Numbered from the stretch's first letter, positions 34,922-45,315 are shown. The stretch is DNA of 64,000 nt from an uncultured Lachnospiraceae bacterium (GCA_910587085.1 CAJUMC010000004.1:4583-68582); one strand, 5' to 3'. The notes: generated from the letters alone by a model not told the origin. Program-made: numbers and translations.

Positions 34922-36178
34922 TCATTCCCCCTCATTCAGCGCCGCGCCAAGCCGCCTTAAGTCCCCTGCAACATCCTCGTAGCCCCGGTAAATATACTCC
35001 GCGCCGTCGATAATGGTTGTTCCCTCCGCGGCCAGAGCACCGACTACAAGAGCCGCTGCACCGCGCAGATCACGCGCTTCCACCCTGCCGCCCTGAAGCA
35101 CCCGCACGCCGTTAACGATCGCGCAGCTCTCGTCCAGATAAATATCGGCTCCCATCCGGTTGAATTCATTCACAATATGAAATCTCGACTCAAAAATTTT
35201 TTCCTCCAGCACGGTTGTGCCGTCTGCGCATACGGCGAGTGCCAGCAGCTGCGACTGCATATCCGTCGGAAATCCCGGATACGGAGCTGTACAAAGATAA
35301 TCAAACGCCCGCAGCCGTCCCTTTTTCTTTACAAGAAGCCCCTCCTCGGTGCGGCGAATCACCGCCCCCGCAGCGGAGAGCACCTTTGTAACTGCGGACA
35401 GCTCCTCGGGACAGACGCGTTTAAGCAGCGCTTCCCCGCCGGCCGAAAGCACTGCCGCCATATAGGTACCGGCGACAATGCGGTCCGGCGGCACCTCAAA
35501 GCTGACCGCGTGCAGCGGCCTGCCTCCCTCGATTTCCAGATGCGCCGTTCCCCCGCCGGCAATCCCGGCACCGGCCCGGTTCAGAAAACGGCACAGCCAG
35601 ACCACCTCGGGTTCGGCGGCCGCGTTGTGTATCCGGGTCGTCCCTTTCGCAAGCACCGCGGCCAGAATCGCGTTCTGCGTGGCTCCGACGGACGGAAACC
35701 GAAAGGAGATCTCGCCCCCTGTCAGCCGTTCCGCCTCACAGCACAGCAGCTCTTCCCCGAGCATTGTAATATCCGCCCCAAGCTTTCGAAGCGCATAAAG
35801 ATGCAGATCAATCGGCCGCTCCCCGATGGCGCAGCCGCCCGGCCGCGCCATTACGGCCCGTCTGCATCTCGCGAGCAGCGCTCCGAGCAGAAGCACGCAG
35901 GCCCTCGTCCTTTTTGTACTCTCCGCCGGAATATCCGCCGGAACAACCTCGGATGCGTTGATGCAGAGCACCGTATCCTGCCAGCGGACCACGGCGCCGC
36001 AGGCGCGCAGCACTTCCGCCATCGCCTCCACATCCGAAATGCGCGGGCAGCCGGCAAGCTGCGTCTCGCCCGGCAGCAGCAGCGCGGCGGCCATCATCGG
36101 CAGAACCGCATTTTTCGAGCCCTGCACTGAGAGTTTACCGTACAGCGGGTTACCGCCGGATATTTTCAGGGAAGCCAT
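34922..36178 (-). CDS. murA: UDP-N-acetylglucosamine 1-carboxyvinyltransferase
   Basis: 418 aa. The N-terminus reads LKISGGNPLYGKLSVQGSKNAVLPMMAAALL. Length and overall composition fit the EPSP/MurA fold. Confidence 0.92.
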   Translation of the reverse strand: MASLKISGGNPLYGKLSVQGSKNAVLPMMAAALLLPGETQLAGCPRISDVEAMAEVLRACGAVVRWQDTVLCINASEVVPADIPAESTKRTRACVLLLGALLARCRRAVMARPGGCAIGERPIDLHLYALRKLGADITMLGEELLCCEAERLTGGEISFRFPSVGATQNAILAAVLAKGTTRIHNAAAEPEVVWLCRFLNRAGAGIAGGGTAHLEIEGGRPLHAVSFEVPPDRIVAGTYMAAVLSAGGEALLKRVCPEELSAVTKVLSAAGAVIRRTEEGLLVKKKGRLRAFDYLCTAPYPGFPTDMQSQLLALAVCADGTTVLEEKIFESRFHIVNEFNRMGADIYLDESCAIVNGVRVLQGGRVEARDLRGAAALVVGALAAEGTTIIDGAEYIYRGYEDVAGDLRRLGAALNEGE

Positions 36179-36300
36179 GGCACATACCTCGAATCAAAAA
36201 CTATATATCATTGTATGCGCACTGCCGTTTTTCGTGCCTGACTTTTTTCGCTCCCTCTCCCCATACAGCCGTTCCTGGCAGGCTGTTTCCGTTTTTATTT

Positions 36301-36462
36301 TCTCCTGCTGCCGTTCCGGGCCCGCTGGTTCCGTTTTGTTCTCCCGCCTATCGCCGTTCCGACCGCCGGTTCCGCTTTTGTTCTCCTGCTGCCGTTCCCG
36401 GCCCGCCGGTTCCGTTTTGTTCTCCCGCCTGCTGCCGTTCCGACCGCCGTTCCCGCTTTTGT
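36301..36462. repeat. 81-bp tandem repeat x2, each unit made of two sub-units of about 40 bp, plus a partial third copy, in the ftsW-murA spacer
   Basis: Units at 36301-36381 and 36382-36462 differ at only a few positions. The unit is 27 codons long and lies inside an open minus-strand frame (36194-36511). Confidence 0.85.
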
Positions 36463-36500
36463 TCTTCTGCCTGCCGCCGTTTTGTACCCATTTCCTTCCG

Positions 36501-37658
36501 CTATCTCTCACCCTCGATGCGATTCGAGACGCTCAGCACAATCCCGAGCTCCGCCATCAGCACAAGCAGCGAGCTGCCCCCGTAGCTGATAAACGGCAGC
36601 GGAATACCCGTGGACGGTATGGTATTTGTTACCACGGCGACATTGATCAGCACCTGCACGGCAATATGCGCCATAACTCCCGTCGCAATCAGGCTTCCGT
36701 AGAGCTCCTGCGCGTTGATCGCAATCAGGAAAATCCGCCACAGCAGCAGTACGAAAAGAAACAGCACAGCAAATGCTCCGACCATGCCGAGCTCTTCACA
36801 GATGACGGAAAAGATCATATCATTGTGTGCCTCCGGAATATAGCCAAGCTTCTGTATTCCCTGTCCAAGCCCCTTTCCGAAGAGTCCGCCGCTTGCAATG
36901 GCATAAAGACCCTGCAGAATCTGATAGCCCTTCGGATGGTTTTCGATATCCATCCAGATATCAAACCGCTCCCCGCGGTAAGGAAAGAAAATAATCAGCA
37001 GGGCAAAGACCGCGACAAGCGCCAGCAGCCCCCACAGATAATAGCCTTTTTTCCGCGAGGATACAAAGCAGATCGAAACCAGAATTACGCCGGTGACGAG
37101 CGCAGTCGAAAAGTTCTCCCACGCAACCAGGCCGATCAGCGGCGCCATGATCAGGAGGATGCGGAAGAACCCCCGGATGCTGTCAAGCCTGCGCGGCGCG
37201 AGCTTCACCAGATAGGACGTAAAAAGCAGCACGCAGATTTTTGTAATCTCTGACGGCTGGAATTTTCCCATACTGCCGAGCTCAATCCATCGCTGCGATC
37301 CTCCGGTAGACGCCCCGAACAAAACAAGATAGAGCTGCAGCCCGAAACACATCAGATAGAGCAGAAAAATCGGCTTGACCGGCAGGAACGGCAGCCTGCT
37401 GACGTAGATGCGGTAGTCGATCTTGGAGATCGTCAGCATCACAACCGTTCCGACCGCAGCAAAGATCGCCTGCTTGCGCAGGAAGAGCGTCGGATCGTTG
37501 TAATATTTGTTTGCGTTGTAGTAGCTGACGCTGTACACCATCACCAGCCCGAAGCAGACAAGGAACAGCACCAGAAACAGCAGCGTGTAGTCGTAATATC
37601 TCCGCTTTTTTAGTTTTTTCCCCTGCTCCATCTCGTCTCTGGTCATCGCTTCCTCCAT
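36501..37658 (-). CDS. ftsW: SEDS-family peptidoglycan glycosyltransferase (FtsW/SpoVE)
   Basis: 385 aa and polytopic. Motifs are QPSEITKI and IPEAHNDMIFSVICEELG. The C-terminal segment PLPFISYGGSSLL is typical of FtsW/RodA. Confidence 0.93.
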   Translation of the reverse strand: MEEAMTRDEMEQGKKLKKRRYYDYTLLFLVLFLVCFGLVMVYSVSYYNANKYYNDPTLFLRKQAIFAAVGTVVMLTISKIDYRIYVSRLPFLPVKPIFLLYLMCFGLQLYLVLFGASTGGSQRWIELGSMGKFQPSEITKICVLLFTSYLVKLAPRRLDSIRGFFRILLIMAPLIGLVAWENFSTALVTGVILVSICFVSSRKKGYYLWGLLALVAVFALLIIFFPYRGERFDIWMDIENHPKGYQILQGLYAIASGGLFGKGLGQGIQKLGYIPEAHNDMIFSVICEELGMVGAFAVLFLFVLLLWRIFLIAINAQELYGSLIATGVMAHIAVQVLINVAVVTNTIPSTGIPLPFISYGGSSLLVLMAELGIVLSVSNRIEGER

Positions 37659-37723
37659 CCCATTTTCATAAATGCCGTCGCAGCTTCCTTCTCCGGCGCA
37701 AAAATACCTGTGCCCGGGCTTCT

Positions 37724-39079
37724 TTAATCAAGTGCCCGGACCAGCTCCTTGAAAATCCTGCCCCGTTCCTCATAATTTTGAAACATGCCCCAGCTCGCAC
37801 AGCACGGCGAAAGCAGCACGGCCTCCCCCTCCTTCGCGTGCGCGGCACAGAATTTTACAGCTTCCTCCATGCTCTCTGCGAACACAATATTGGAAAAGCC
37901 CCTGCTCCTCGCGGTTTCGGCAATTTTTTCCCGCGTCTGCCCCATCAGCACAAGCCAGGTCACCTTTCCCTCGAAGGAATCGATCCATTCCCCGTACTCC
38001 GAGCCCTTATCGTAGCCTCCGCCGATCAGCAGCGTGTTTGTCGTCATGGCACGCACGGCTTGGATCGACGCGTCCGGGTTTGTACCCTTGGAATCATTAT
38101 AATATTTTACACCGCGCTTCGTCGCCACATATTCAATCCGGTGCTCCACCGCGACAAAGCTGCGGAGCGCTCTGCGGATGCAGTCCATCGGCACGCCGAG
38201 CGCCAGGCCGGCCAGAGCCGCTGCCATCGCATTCTCGTAGTTATGCCGCCCGATAATATTCAGCTCGCGGACGTTTAAGACAACCGTCTGTCTGCCTGCC
38301 TGCGCATACACGATCAGCTCCTCGTCCAGGAACATCCCGTCCTCCAGCCTGCGCGCGCTCGAAAACCAGGCTGTGCGGCAGGACAGCCCCTTCCCGGCCT
38401 CCCGCAGAACGGCATCCTCGTAATTCAGGATGCAGGTATCCTCCCCGGTCTGATTTCTGGCAATATTCAGCTTTGCTGCTATGTAATTTTCCATGGTATG
38501 ATGGCGGTTCAGATGATCCGGCGTAATGTTCAGGATCAGGCTGACATCCGGACGGAACCTGCGGATTGTCTCCAGCTGGAAGCTGCTGAGTTCCGCCGCG
38601 GTAACGGAATTTTCCGTTGTCTGTTCTGCCATTTTTGTGTACGGTACCCCGATATTTCCGACGACAAACACGCTTTCATAAAAGGTTCTCAGAATTTCTC
38701 CGAGAAGCGCCGTCGTCGTTGTTTTTCCGTTTGTGCCTGTAACGGCTGCAATCCTGCCCCTGGAAAACCGGTAGGCCAGCTCCACTTCCCCGATCAGTTC
38801 CGCACCGGATTCCCGCAGGGCGTTTACCTCCGGCAGATCCACAGGGACGCCCGGGCTGAGCACAACGATCTGCACCTCCCGTTTTACCTCTTCCGGCAGT
38901 ACGCCGAGCACAATGCGCCCCCGGAAACTCTCCGGCAGCTTTGCGCGGATCTCCTCCTCATTCCGTGCAGTATTGGCGTCGTAAAGCACAAGCTCCGCCG
39001 TGCCGTCCAGCAACTGCGCGGCTGCGATGCCGCTGAGCCCGGCCCCCATTATCAATATTTTTTTTCCCTGAAACTCCAT
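37724..39079 (-). CDS. murD: UDP-N-acetylmuramoylalanine--D-glutamate ligase
   Basis: 451 aa. Rossmann motif is KKILIMGAGLSGIAAAQLL and the P-loop is VTGTNGKTTTT. Confidence 0.94.
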   Translation of the reverse strand: MEFQGKKILIMGAGLSGIAAAQLLDGTAELVLYDANTARNEEEIRAKLPESFRGRIVLGVLPEEVKREVQIVVLSPGVPVDLPEVNALRESGAELIGEVELAYRFSRGRIAAVTGTNGKTTTTALLGEILRTFYESVFVVGNIGVPYTKMAEQTTENSVTAAELSSFQLETIRRFRPDVSLILNITPDHLNRHHTMENYIAAKLNIARNQTGEDTCILNYEDAVLREAGKGLSCRTAWFSSARRLEDGMFLDEELIVYAQAGRQTVVLNVRELNIIGRHNYENAMAAALAGLALGVPMDCIRRALRSFVAVEHRIEYVATKRGVKYYNDSKGTNPDASIQAVRAMTTNTLLIGGGYDKGSEYGEWIDSFEGKVTWLVLMGQTREKIAETARSRGFSNIVFAESMEEAVKFCAAHAKEGEAVLLSPCCASWGMFQNYEERGRIFKELVRALD

Positions 39080-39118
39080 AGTTCCCCCCTTAATTCTGCT
39101 TTTTCGGCTCAGTATACG

Positions 39119-41068
39119 CTATTCCAGATACAAAATCAAGTCGCTGTTTTCGTTCACCGTCTCCCCCGCCAGCGGAAACTGCTCCCAGACAGTCTCTCCC
39201 TCGCCGATCAGATAAAGCTCCCCCTTGGAATAGGCTTCAAAGATTGCCTTTGCCTCCTTTTTTGTTTTCCCGACAAGATCCGGCACCGCAGCGGTTCCCA
39301 GCTCATACTCCTTCAGCTCCTCCTCGCTGTAATCCGGATGGATTCCGAGATACGGCAGAATATTTTCAAGAATCTCCCCGGCCACCGGGGCGGCGATCGT
39401 TCCGCCGTAATAGATGCCCTCCGGCTCGTCGATCATGACAAGAACCATCACCTGCGGGTCGGCCGCCGGCGCAAAGCCCAGAAAGGAAGCAATATAGCGC
39501 CCTGAGCGCCGCGGCAGCTTCTCCGAGGTCGCGGTCTTACCGCCGATATGAAATCCTGCGATATAGGCCCGTTTTCCGGTTCCCTCCGCCACCACCGCCT
39601 CCAGAAGCTCCCGCATGGTCTGGCTGGTTTCCGGAGAAACCGCCCCCGGCGTTTCCCCGTAGGAAAGCGTCTTGATGGTTTTTCCTTCGGCATTTTCAAT
39701 GGATATGCCGAAATGCGGCGTGATGAGAGTCCCCCCGTTCACCACCGCGCTCGCCGCGCGGAGCAGCTGAAGCGGCGAAATCTGAAACGACTGTCCGAAT
39801 GACATCGTCGCCAGCTCTACCGCCTTGATATTCTCAAGCTTATGCAGGATCGAGTTTGCCTCTCCCGGCAGATCCACGCCGCTGCGGCTCGTCAGTCCGA
39901 GCTTGTTGAAATAATATAGAAAGCGCTCTGCGCCGACCCGCGCTCCGATCTCCATAAAAACCGGATTGCAGGAATTCATGATCCCCTGCTTGAAATCCTC
40001 GCTCCCGTGTCCGCCGACCTTGTGGCAGCGAATCGTTCTGTCCTCCACAGTTTTGTATCCCGGACAGAAAAAACGATCGGTAAGCCTTACCACTCCCTCC
40101 TCGAGTGCTGCGGTTGCGGTAATTACCTTAAAGGAGGAACCAGGCTCATAGGTATCGCTGATGCACGGATTCCGCCACATGGTGTTGAGCTTTTCGTTCA
40201 GCTGCTTTTCGTCCAGCTCCGACTGCACCGCACCGCCGAGCACCGCCTCCGTCAGCACGTACGGCTCGTTCAGATCAAACTCCGGAACGTTTACCATCGC
40301 ATAGATTTCCCCGTTCTGCGGGTTCATGACAATGATGCTGACGCGGTTCGCGCTCTTGGCCGCATATACCTTTTCCGCCGCCTGCTCCGCATACTGCTGG
40401 ATCACGATGTCCAGGCTCGTATGCAGATGATTGCCGTTCACCGGCTCGATCCGGTTCTCCGCTGCGTTCTCAAGCTCCAGCCCGTGCGCGGTCGTCAGCG
40501 TCAGAATCGTTCCCGGCGTCCCCTGAAGAAACTTGTCATACTCCACCTCAAGACCGATAATGCCCTGGTTGTCGCTCCCCGTAAAGCCGAGAACCCGGGA
40601 TGCAAGCGTACCGTACGGGTAAAAGCGCTTGTAATCCTCATCTACCATCACGCCGTCCAGCCCGAGATCCCGGATTTTGTCCGCGGTTTCCTTCGGGACA
40701 TTGGATCGGATTCTTTCGATCGAGGAATATTTTTCGACGCGCTTCCGCACGGTCGCCTCCGGAAGCTCCAGAATCTCCGAAAGCCGGGCGATTACCTCCT
40801 CGGCATCCGTAATCTGGTTATGTATGACAGAGATCGTGCAGACTGGTTTATTGTCCGCCAGCACAACGCCGTTGCGGTCGTAAATCAGCCCCCTCTCCGC
40901 TTTGATGCTTCTCTCCCTCTCATGCAGCTCCCTGGCGCGCTCCGCATACCGGTCCGTGACAAAAATCATAAACCATGCCAGCCGCCCCGCTATAACAAGC
41001 ATGCCGGCAACCAGCACGACAATAATCAGAAGAAGTCCTCTTTTCTGGTAGGATAAAAAATGCCGCAC
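39119..41068 (-). CDS. spoVD: Class B penicillin-binding protein with a C-terminal PASTA domain (SpoVD/PBP2B-like)
   Basis: 649 aa. It has an N-terminal TM segment and a dimerisation domain. Transpeptidase motifs are SSFK, SCN and KTAT(S). The C-terminal segment PDLVGKTKKEAKAIFE...LIGEGETV is PASTA-like. Confidence 0.88.
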   Translation of the reverse strand: MRHFLSYQKRGLLLIIVVLVAGMLVIAGRLAWFMIFVTDRYAERARELHERERSIKAERGLIYDRNGVVLADNKPVCTISVIHNQITDAEEVIARLSEILELPEATVRKRVEKYSSIERIRSNVPKETADKIRDLGLDGVMVDEDYKRFYPYGTLASRVLGFTGSDNQGIIGLEVEYDKFLQGTPGTILTLTTAHGLELENAAENRIEPVNGNHLHTSLDIVIQQYAEQAAEKVYAAKSANRVSIIVMNPQNGEIYAMVNVPEFDLNEPYVLTEAVLGGAVQSELDEKQLNEKLNTMWRNPCISDTYEPGSSFKVITATAALEEGVVRLTDRFFCPGYKTVEDRTIRCHKVGGHGSEDFKQGIMNSCNPVFMEIGARVGAERFLYYFNKLGLTSRSGVDLPGEANSILHKLENIKAVELATMSFGQSFQISPLQLLRAASAVVNGGTLITPHFGISIENAEGKTIKTLSYGETPGAVSPETSQTMRELLEAVVAEGTGKRAYIAGFHIGGKTATSEKLPRRSGRYIASFLGFAPAADPQVMVLVMIDEPEGIYYGGTIAAPVAGEILENILPYLGIHPDYSEEELKEYELGTAAVPDLVGKTKKEAKAIFEAYSKGELYLIGEGETVWEQFPLAGETVNENSDLILYLE

Positions 41069-41143
41069 GTTCCTCGCCCCTGCGAATGTACTCCGTTTAT
41101 TTTATTCACAAGAGCGCAAAACTATGTTTTCGTGTTCCGTCGG

Positions 41144-43054
41144 CTACTCTGCGGGCTGCCCGCCGCCCTGCGGATCGATTATGTCTGTCTCGTCGATGTC
41201 GTTTTCGTCCGTCTCCGGATTTATTACGGAAAGATCAACATGATAATTAATCTCGCCTTCCGGATAGATGCCAAGGAACGGAAGAATCTCGTCCATAATC
41301 TCGCTTGTCAGAGAAGTTGCGAGCGAGCTGCTCGCCTTCTTTTCCTCGTCATGGATCTCGTCGATTACGACATACACCACAACTTCCGGCTTGTCCGCCG
41401 GAGCACAGCCGATAAAGGAAACGACATATTTCTGATTTTCCTTGTCGCGCACGCCCTTCTGGGCCGTGCCGGTCTTTCCGCCGATCAGGTAGCCCTGTAC
41501 TTTTGCCGGCTTTGCGGTTCCCTGCTCCACGGTCATGTAAAGCGCGTCCCGGATAAACTCCGAGGTCTGCCCCGACACCGCTACATTTGCCAGCGTGCCG
41601 TTATTCTCGTAGAGCGTGGCGCCGGAGGCGTCCCGGATCTCGCTGACAACATGCGGCTGATAATAATTCCCGCCGTTGACGAGCGAACAGAAGGCCGAGG
41701 CAAGCTGTACCATAGTAATATTAAAGCCCTGCCCGAAGCTTGAGGTTGCAAGCTCCGTCACATTCAGGTTATTCAGATCAATAAGGATACTCCCGCTCTC
41801 ACCCGGAAGATCGATCCCGGTGGGAAGCCCGAAGCCGAAATGCTTCTGATATTGATAGAAAAAATCTCTGCCGAGCTTCTCGCCGATCAGCATGAGCGCC
41901 GGGTTGCAGGATTTCATCAGGGACTCTGCGAGCGTGACCGTGCCGTGACCGGAACGCTTGTTGCAGTTGATCCGGTAGCCGGCCACATTTCGGTAGCCGT
42001 TGCAGACAAAGGTGTCGCCGTCTTTTACAAAATTTTCCTCCATGGCTGCCGCAACCGTAAACGGCTTGAACGTGGAGCCCGGCTCGTAGGTATCGCTGAT
42101 ACAGAAATTCCGCCACATCCGGTTGAGTGCGGCAAGCTCCTCCTCTTCCGTCATGACGGCGAGTTCCTCCTCGGTATAGTACGCGGAGAGATCTCTCGGC
42201 TCGTTCAGGTTAAAGCCTGCGTTGGAGGCCATGGCGTAGACTGCCCCGCTGTTCGGATTCATGACGATCACGCCGATATTCTCACATTTCCACTGGGAAA
42301 GGAAATTCTCGACTTTTTTCTCCACTCTGTTTTGTACATTTATATCTATTGTAGAAATAATCGTGCTGCCGTCCACGGCAGGCTTGGATACCTTCGTCAG
42401 GTTGAGCTCTGAATCATAATATCCGTACTCCCTGCCGTCCGTACCGGTCAGATCGGCATTGTAATACTGCTCGATCCCCCAGGTTCCCACGTCCCCGGCC
42501 ACGGTGTAGCCGATTACATGCGAAGCCAGGCTGTCAAACGGATAGCTGCGGATATATTCCTCCTCAAACCAGACGCCTTTGATCAGTTTATTCTCAGCCG
42601 CGAGCTGCCGGAACGCGTCCATCCTTTCAAAGCTCTGCTGCCTCAGCAGCCGGATGTATGTACTTGACGCCTTTTCCGTAAGCATCGTGTAGAGCTCCCT
42701 CTCATCCAGCCCGTAAACCGAGGCGAGCGCGGTGACGGTCGGTTCCGCAAAACGCTTGTCGCTGTTGATAACGCTCGGATCGAAAATTACATTGTATACT
42801 TTGACGCTTTTTGCGAGAACCACGCCGTTGCGGTCAAGAATATCGCCCCGACGGTACGGCAGGACGGCGTTCGTGCCGATGCTTTTGGACAGCACTCTCT
42901 TTTCGTAGCGCTCCCCTTCCCGCGCGTTAATGTAAATCAGACGCCCGCACACCACAATTATACCAGCTAAAATCACGCAAAACACAAAGAGAAGAGTCCC
43001 CTGCATTCTGCGTGTCAGCTTTTTCGTCGATGTTTTCTTTTTTCTGCCTCTCAT
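41144..43054 (-). CDS. Class B penicillin-binding protein (FtsI-like); no PASTA domain
   Basis: 636 aa. Motifs are STFKPFT (SxxK), SCNP (SxN) and GKTGTAQ (KTG). Confidence 0.9.
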   Translation of the reverse strand: MRGRKKKTSTKKLTRRMQGTLLFVFCVILAGIIVVCGRLIYINAREGERYEKRVLSKSIGTNAVLPYRRGDILDRNGVVLAKSVKVYNVIFDPSVINSDKRFAEPTVTALASVYGLDERELYTMLTEKASSTYIRLLRQQSFERMDAFRQLAAENKLIKGVWFEEEYIRSYPFDSLASHVIGYTVAGDVGTWGIEQYYNADLTGTDGREYGYYDSELNLTKVSKPAVDGSTIISTIDINVQNRVEKKVENFLSQWKCENIGVIVMNPNSGAVYAMASNAGFNLNEPRDLSAYYTEEELAVMTEEEELAALNRMWRNFCISDTYEPGSTFKPFTVAAAMEENFVKDGDTFVCNGYRNVAGYRINCNKRSGHGTVTLAESLMKSCNPALMLIGEKLGRDFFYQYQKHFGFGLPTGIDLPGESGSILIDLNNLNVTELATSSFGQGFNITMVQLASAFCSLVNGGNYYQPHVVSEIRDASGATLYENNGTLANVAVSGQTSEFIRDALYMTVEQGTAKPAKVQGYLIGGKTGTAQKGVRDKENQKYVVSFIGCAPADKPEVVVYVVIDEIHDEEKKASSSLATSLTSEIMDEILPFLGIYPEGEINYHVDLSVINPETDENDIDETDIIDPQGGGQPAE

Positions 43055-43096
43055 GCAAGTCCCCCGTGTTCCCGCTCTGCCCCTTCTCAGAGCGTT

Positions 43097-43732
43097 CTAC
43101 GGTACCAGCTCGTCCAGTATCGAGCTCGCCGCAGCCGGAATATCCGAGAACTGTCTGACATAGCTCAGATTCGCACTGTCATAATACAAAACCTCATTGT
43201 TGTTTGGAAATACCATACCCAGCTCGCCGACTGCCGTCTGATAGATCCTCTCCAGATCAATATCCGTCGTCAGCAGATTTTCTTTTGCATTGTTTGCGTC
43301 AACCAGGAGTTTAAGCTCACTCTCAAGCGCGGCAACCGACTTGTCCAGCCTGGAAGATTCGTCCTGGAGCTGTAGATAGTCGATGCAGACGAAAACCGTA
43401 GCAAACAGAGCTCCGAAAAGCAGCAGTACACCGAAGAAATTGACCCCTCTGCCCAGGGAAATCAATCCTTTCTGCGGCTGCTGCACTTCCCTTACCTGCG
43501 GCTGTGTCCGGCGAGCCGGCTGCCGCACAGGTCTCCCCTGCACGAACTCCCTGCGCTCTGTATTCCGGCGCGCAGGACTCTGCGCCCGGCCGTGCAGGGA
43601 ACGTCCTCTCCTGTCCGGCTCCCGCGCAGGGGACTCCTCTGCGGCTGCGCCGCTCTGTTTCTGTTTTCTTACGGTACTTCCCTGTACATAATATGCAGGA
43701 TCGTAGCGATAAGGATTTCTACGCGTTTCCAT
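43097..43732 (-). CDS. ftsL: FtsL-like division protein with a long, basic, disordered N-terminus
   Basis: 211 aa. A single TM segment (FFGVLLLFGALFATVFVCI) is followed by a coiled coil (LQDESSRLDKSVAALESELKLL). It sits between rsmH and the PBP gene. Confidence 0.7.
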   Translation of the reverse strand: METRRNPYRYDPAYYVQGSTVRKQKQSGAAAEESPAREPDRRGRSLHGRAQSPARRNTERREFVQGRPVRQPARRTQPQVREVQQPQKGLISLGRGVNFFGVLLLFGALFATVFVCIDYLQLQDESSRLDKSVAALESELKLLVDANNAKENLLTTDIDLERIYQTAVGELGMVFPNNNEVLYYDSANLSYVRQFSDIPAAASSILDELVP

Positions 43733-43786
43733 GCGTATCCCGCCTTTCTTTTCTCCGGGCCGCCCTGTCTCCGCCCGGGGTTATTT

Positions 43787-44761
43787 TCATAATACGGCGC
43801 CCTTCACCGTCCTTTTCTCAAATACGCGCAGCTTCGCGCTTTTTGAGCGCGGATTCCTCTCCTGTTCCCGCTCCGTCGGTACAATCGGCTTTTTTGTCAG
43901 CTGCCTGCCCTTCGGTTTTTTTCCGCATACGCACACCGGAAAGCCCGGCGGGCAGATACACGGATTTTCGTTCCTTTTAAAGTTTACCTTGACGATGCGA
44001 TCTTCCAGCGAATGGAAGGTGATAATGCACAGCCGCCCTCCCTCGTTCAGAAGCTCAATCATCCCGTCGAGCGATTCCTCCAGCACCTCCAGCTCACGGT
44101 TCAGTTCGATCCGGATCGCCTGAAAGGTCCGCTTGGAGGGATGCCCCCCGGTCATGCGTATTTTTGCCGGTATCGCAGCGCGGATTACCTCATTCAGCTG
44201 AAAGGTAGTCTCGATTGGCTCATCCTGCCTTGCGCGCACGATATGCTTGGCTATGTTTTTCGCGAAGTTGTCCTCCCCGTAATCCCGGATGACGCGGTAC
44301 AGCTCCTGTTCGGTGTAGCCGTTCACGATATCGCGCGCCGTCCTGGTCTGCCGGTCATCCATGCGCATATCCAGAGGTGCATCCTCGCGGTAGGTGAATC
44401 CCCGCTGCGCACTGTCCAGCTGCCACGAGGAAACTCCGAGATCCAAAAGGATTCCGTCCACGCCGGCAATATCCAGTTCCTTCATAATTTCTCCGATATT
44501 CCGGTAATTATTCCGGACGATCGTGATTTTCCGTCCATATGGCTTCAGGCGCTCTGATGCCTCCGCAATGGCGTCCGCGTCCTGATCGATCCCGATCAGC
44601 CTGCCGGACTTTGACAGCGCGGCAGCCACCCGCGACGCATGACCGGCCCCGCCGAGCGTACCGTCCACATAAATGCCGTCCGGCTTGATATTCAGTTCCC
44701 GGATACACTCCTCAAGCAAAACCGATACATGCCCGAATCCGCCCTGTCCCGCTTCCAACAA
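43787..44761 (-). CDS. rsmH: 16S rRNA (cytosine1402-N4)-methyltransferase
   Basis: Motifs are [10 protein letters not shown]...[12 protein letters not shown]. The likely start is the TTG at 44761, preceded by AAAGGGGG. The ORF track's form extends to 44851, overlapping mraZ. Confidence 0.92.
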   Translation of the reverse strand: MLEAGQGGFGHVSVLLEECIRELNIKPDGIYVDGTLGGAGHASRVAAALSKSGRLIGIDQDADAIAEASERLKPYGRKITIVRNNYRNIGEIMKELDIAGVDGILLDLGVSSWQLDSAQRGFTYREDAPLDMRMDDRQTRTARDIVNGYTEQELYRVIRDYGEDNFAKNIAKHIVRARQDEPIETTFQLNEVIRAAIPAKIRMTGGHPSKRTFQAIRIELNRELEVLEESLDGMIELLNEGGRLCIITFHSLEDRIVKVNFKRNENPCICPPGFPVCVCGKKPKGRQLTKKPIVPTEREQERNPRSKSAKLRVFEKRTVKGAVL

Positions 44762-44807
44762 CCAGGCCCCCTTTTGCTGTTTTTCCGGATGACCGGCCTG
44801 CAAGGAA

Positions 44808-45233
44808 TCAGAAGGCCAGCCCCTGCTGCGCCATCTTTTCCGCCGCCTCATCCATATCTTCCAGGGTATTGCTCTTCCACCGCTCCTCGCTCCAGAGCTC
44901 TATTTTGTCCAGCACCCCGACAAAAATTACGTCCCTTTCCAGCGCGGTGCGCTCCCGCAGATTCGCCGGTAGCAGAATCCGTCCCTGCTTGTCCATCTCA
45001 AGCTCAGCAGCGCCTGCAAAAAAGTATCTCTGCAGCTGCCTCGCCTCCTTCGTGCCCGGAAGTGTTCTCAGTTGCTCCGCAAATTTCTCCCATTGCTCAT
45101 TCGGATAGAGAAACAGACAGCCGTCCAGTCCCATGGTCGCCACAAACCGGTCTCCGAGCGCTTCCCGGAATCTGGACGGAACGAACACTCTTCCTTTCGC
45201 GTCCACCGTGTAATTGTACTGTCCCATGAACAT
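44808..45233 (-). CDS. mraZ: Transcriptional regulator MraZ
   Basis: 142 aa from [26 protein letters not shown]. The second repeat reads [18 protein letters not shown] is AGGTGG. Confidence 0.94.
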   Translation of the reverse strand: MFMGQYNYTVDAKGRVFVPSRFREALGDRFVATMGLDGCLFLYPNEQWEKFAEQLRTLPGTKEARQLQRYFFAGAAELEMDKQGRILLPANLRERTALERDVIFVGVLDKIELWSEERWKSNTLEDMDEAAEKMAQQGLAF

Positions 45234-45281
45234 AGCATTCCACCTGCCGTCCGGAAAGCGTTTCTGACACACCGCTTTCCT

Positions 45282-45315
45282 CCACCTTGAGCCACAGCAA
45301 CCCACTTTTCACCAC
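45282..45315 (-). promoter_or_regulatory. MraZ operator: four GTGG boxes at exactly 10-bp spacing
   Basis: CCAC on the plus strand at 45282, 45292, 45302 and 45312. The minus strand reads aaaGTGGtgaaaaGTGGgttgctGTGGctcaagGTGGagg. The two promoter-proximal boxes read AAAGTGG. Confidence 0.7.

Noticed and set aside
36301-36462. Whether the tandem repeats here, and those at 425-520, 3995-4108, 8142-8171 and 14594-14638, are CRISPR arrays.
   Set aside because: The units are directly abutting or separated by related sequence. There are no unique spacers of uniform length, and no cas genes occur in the window.
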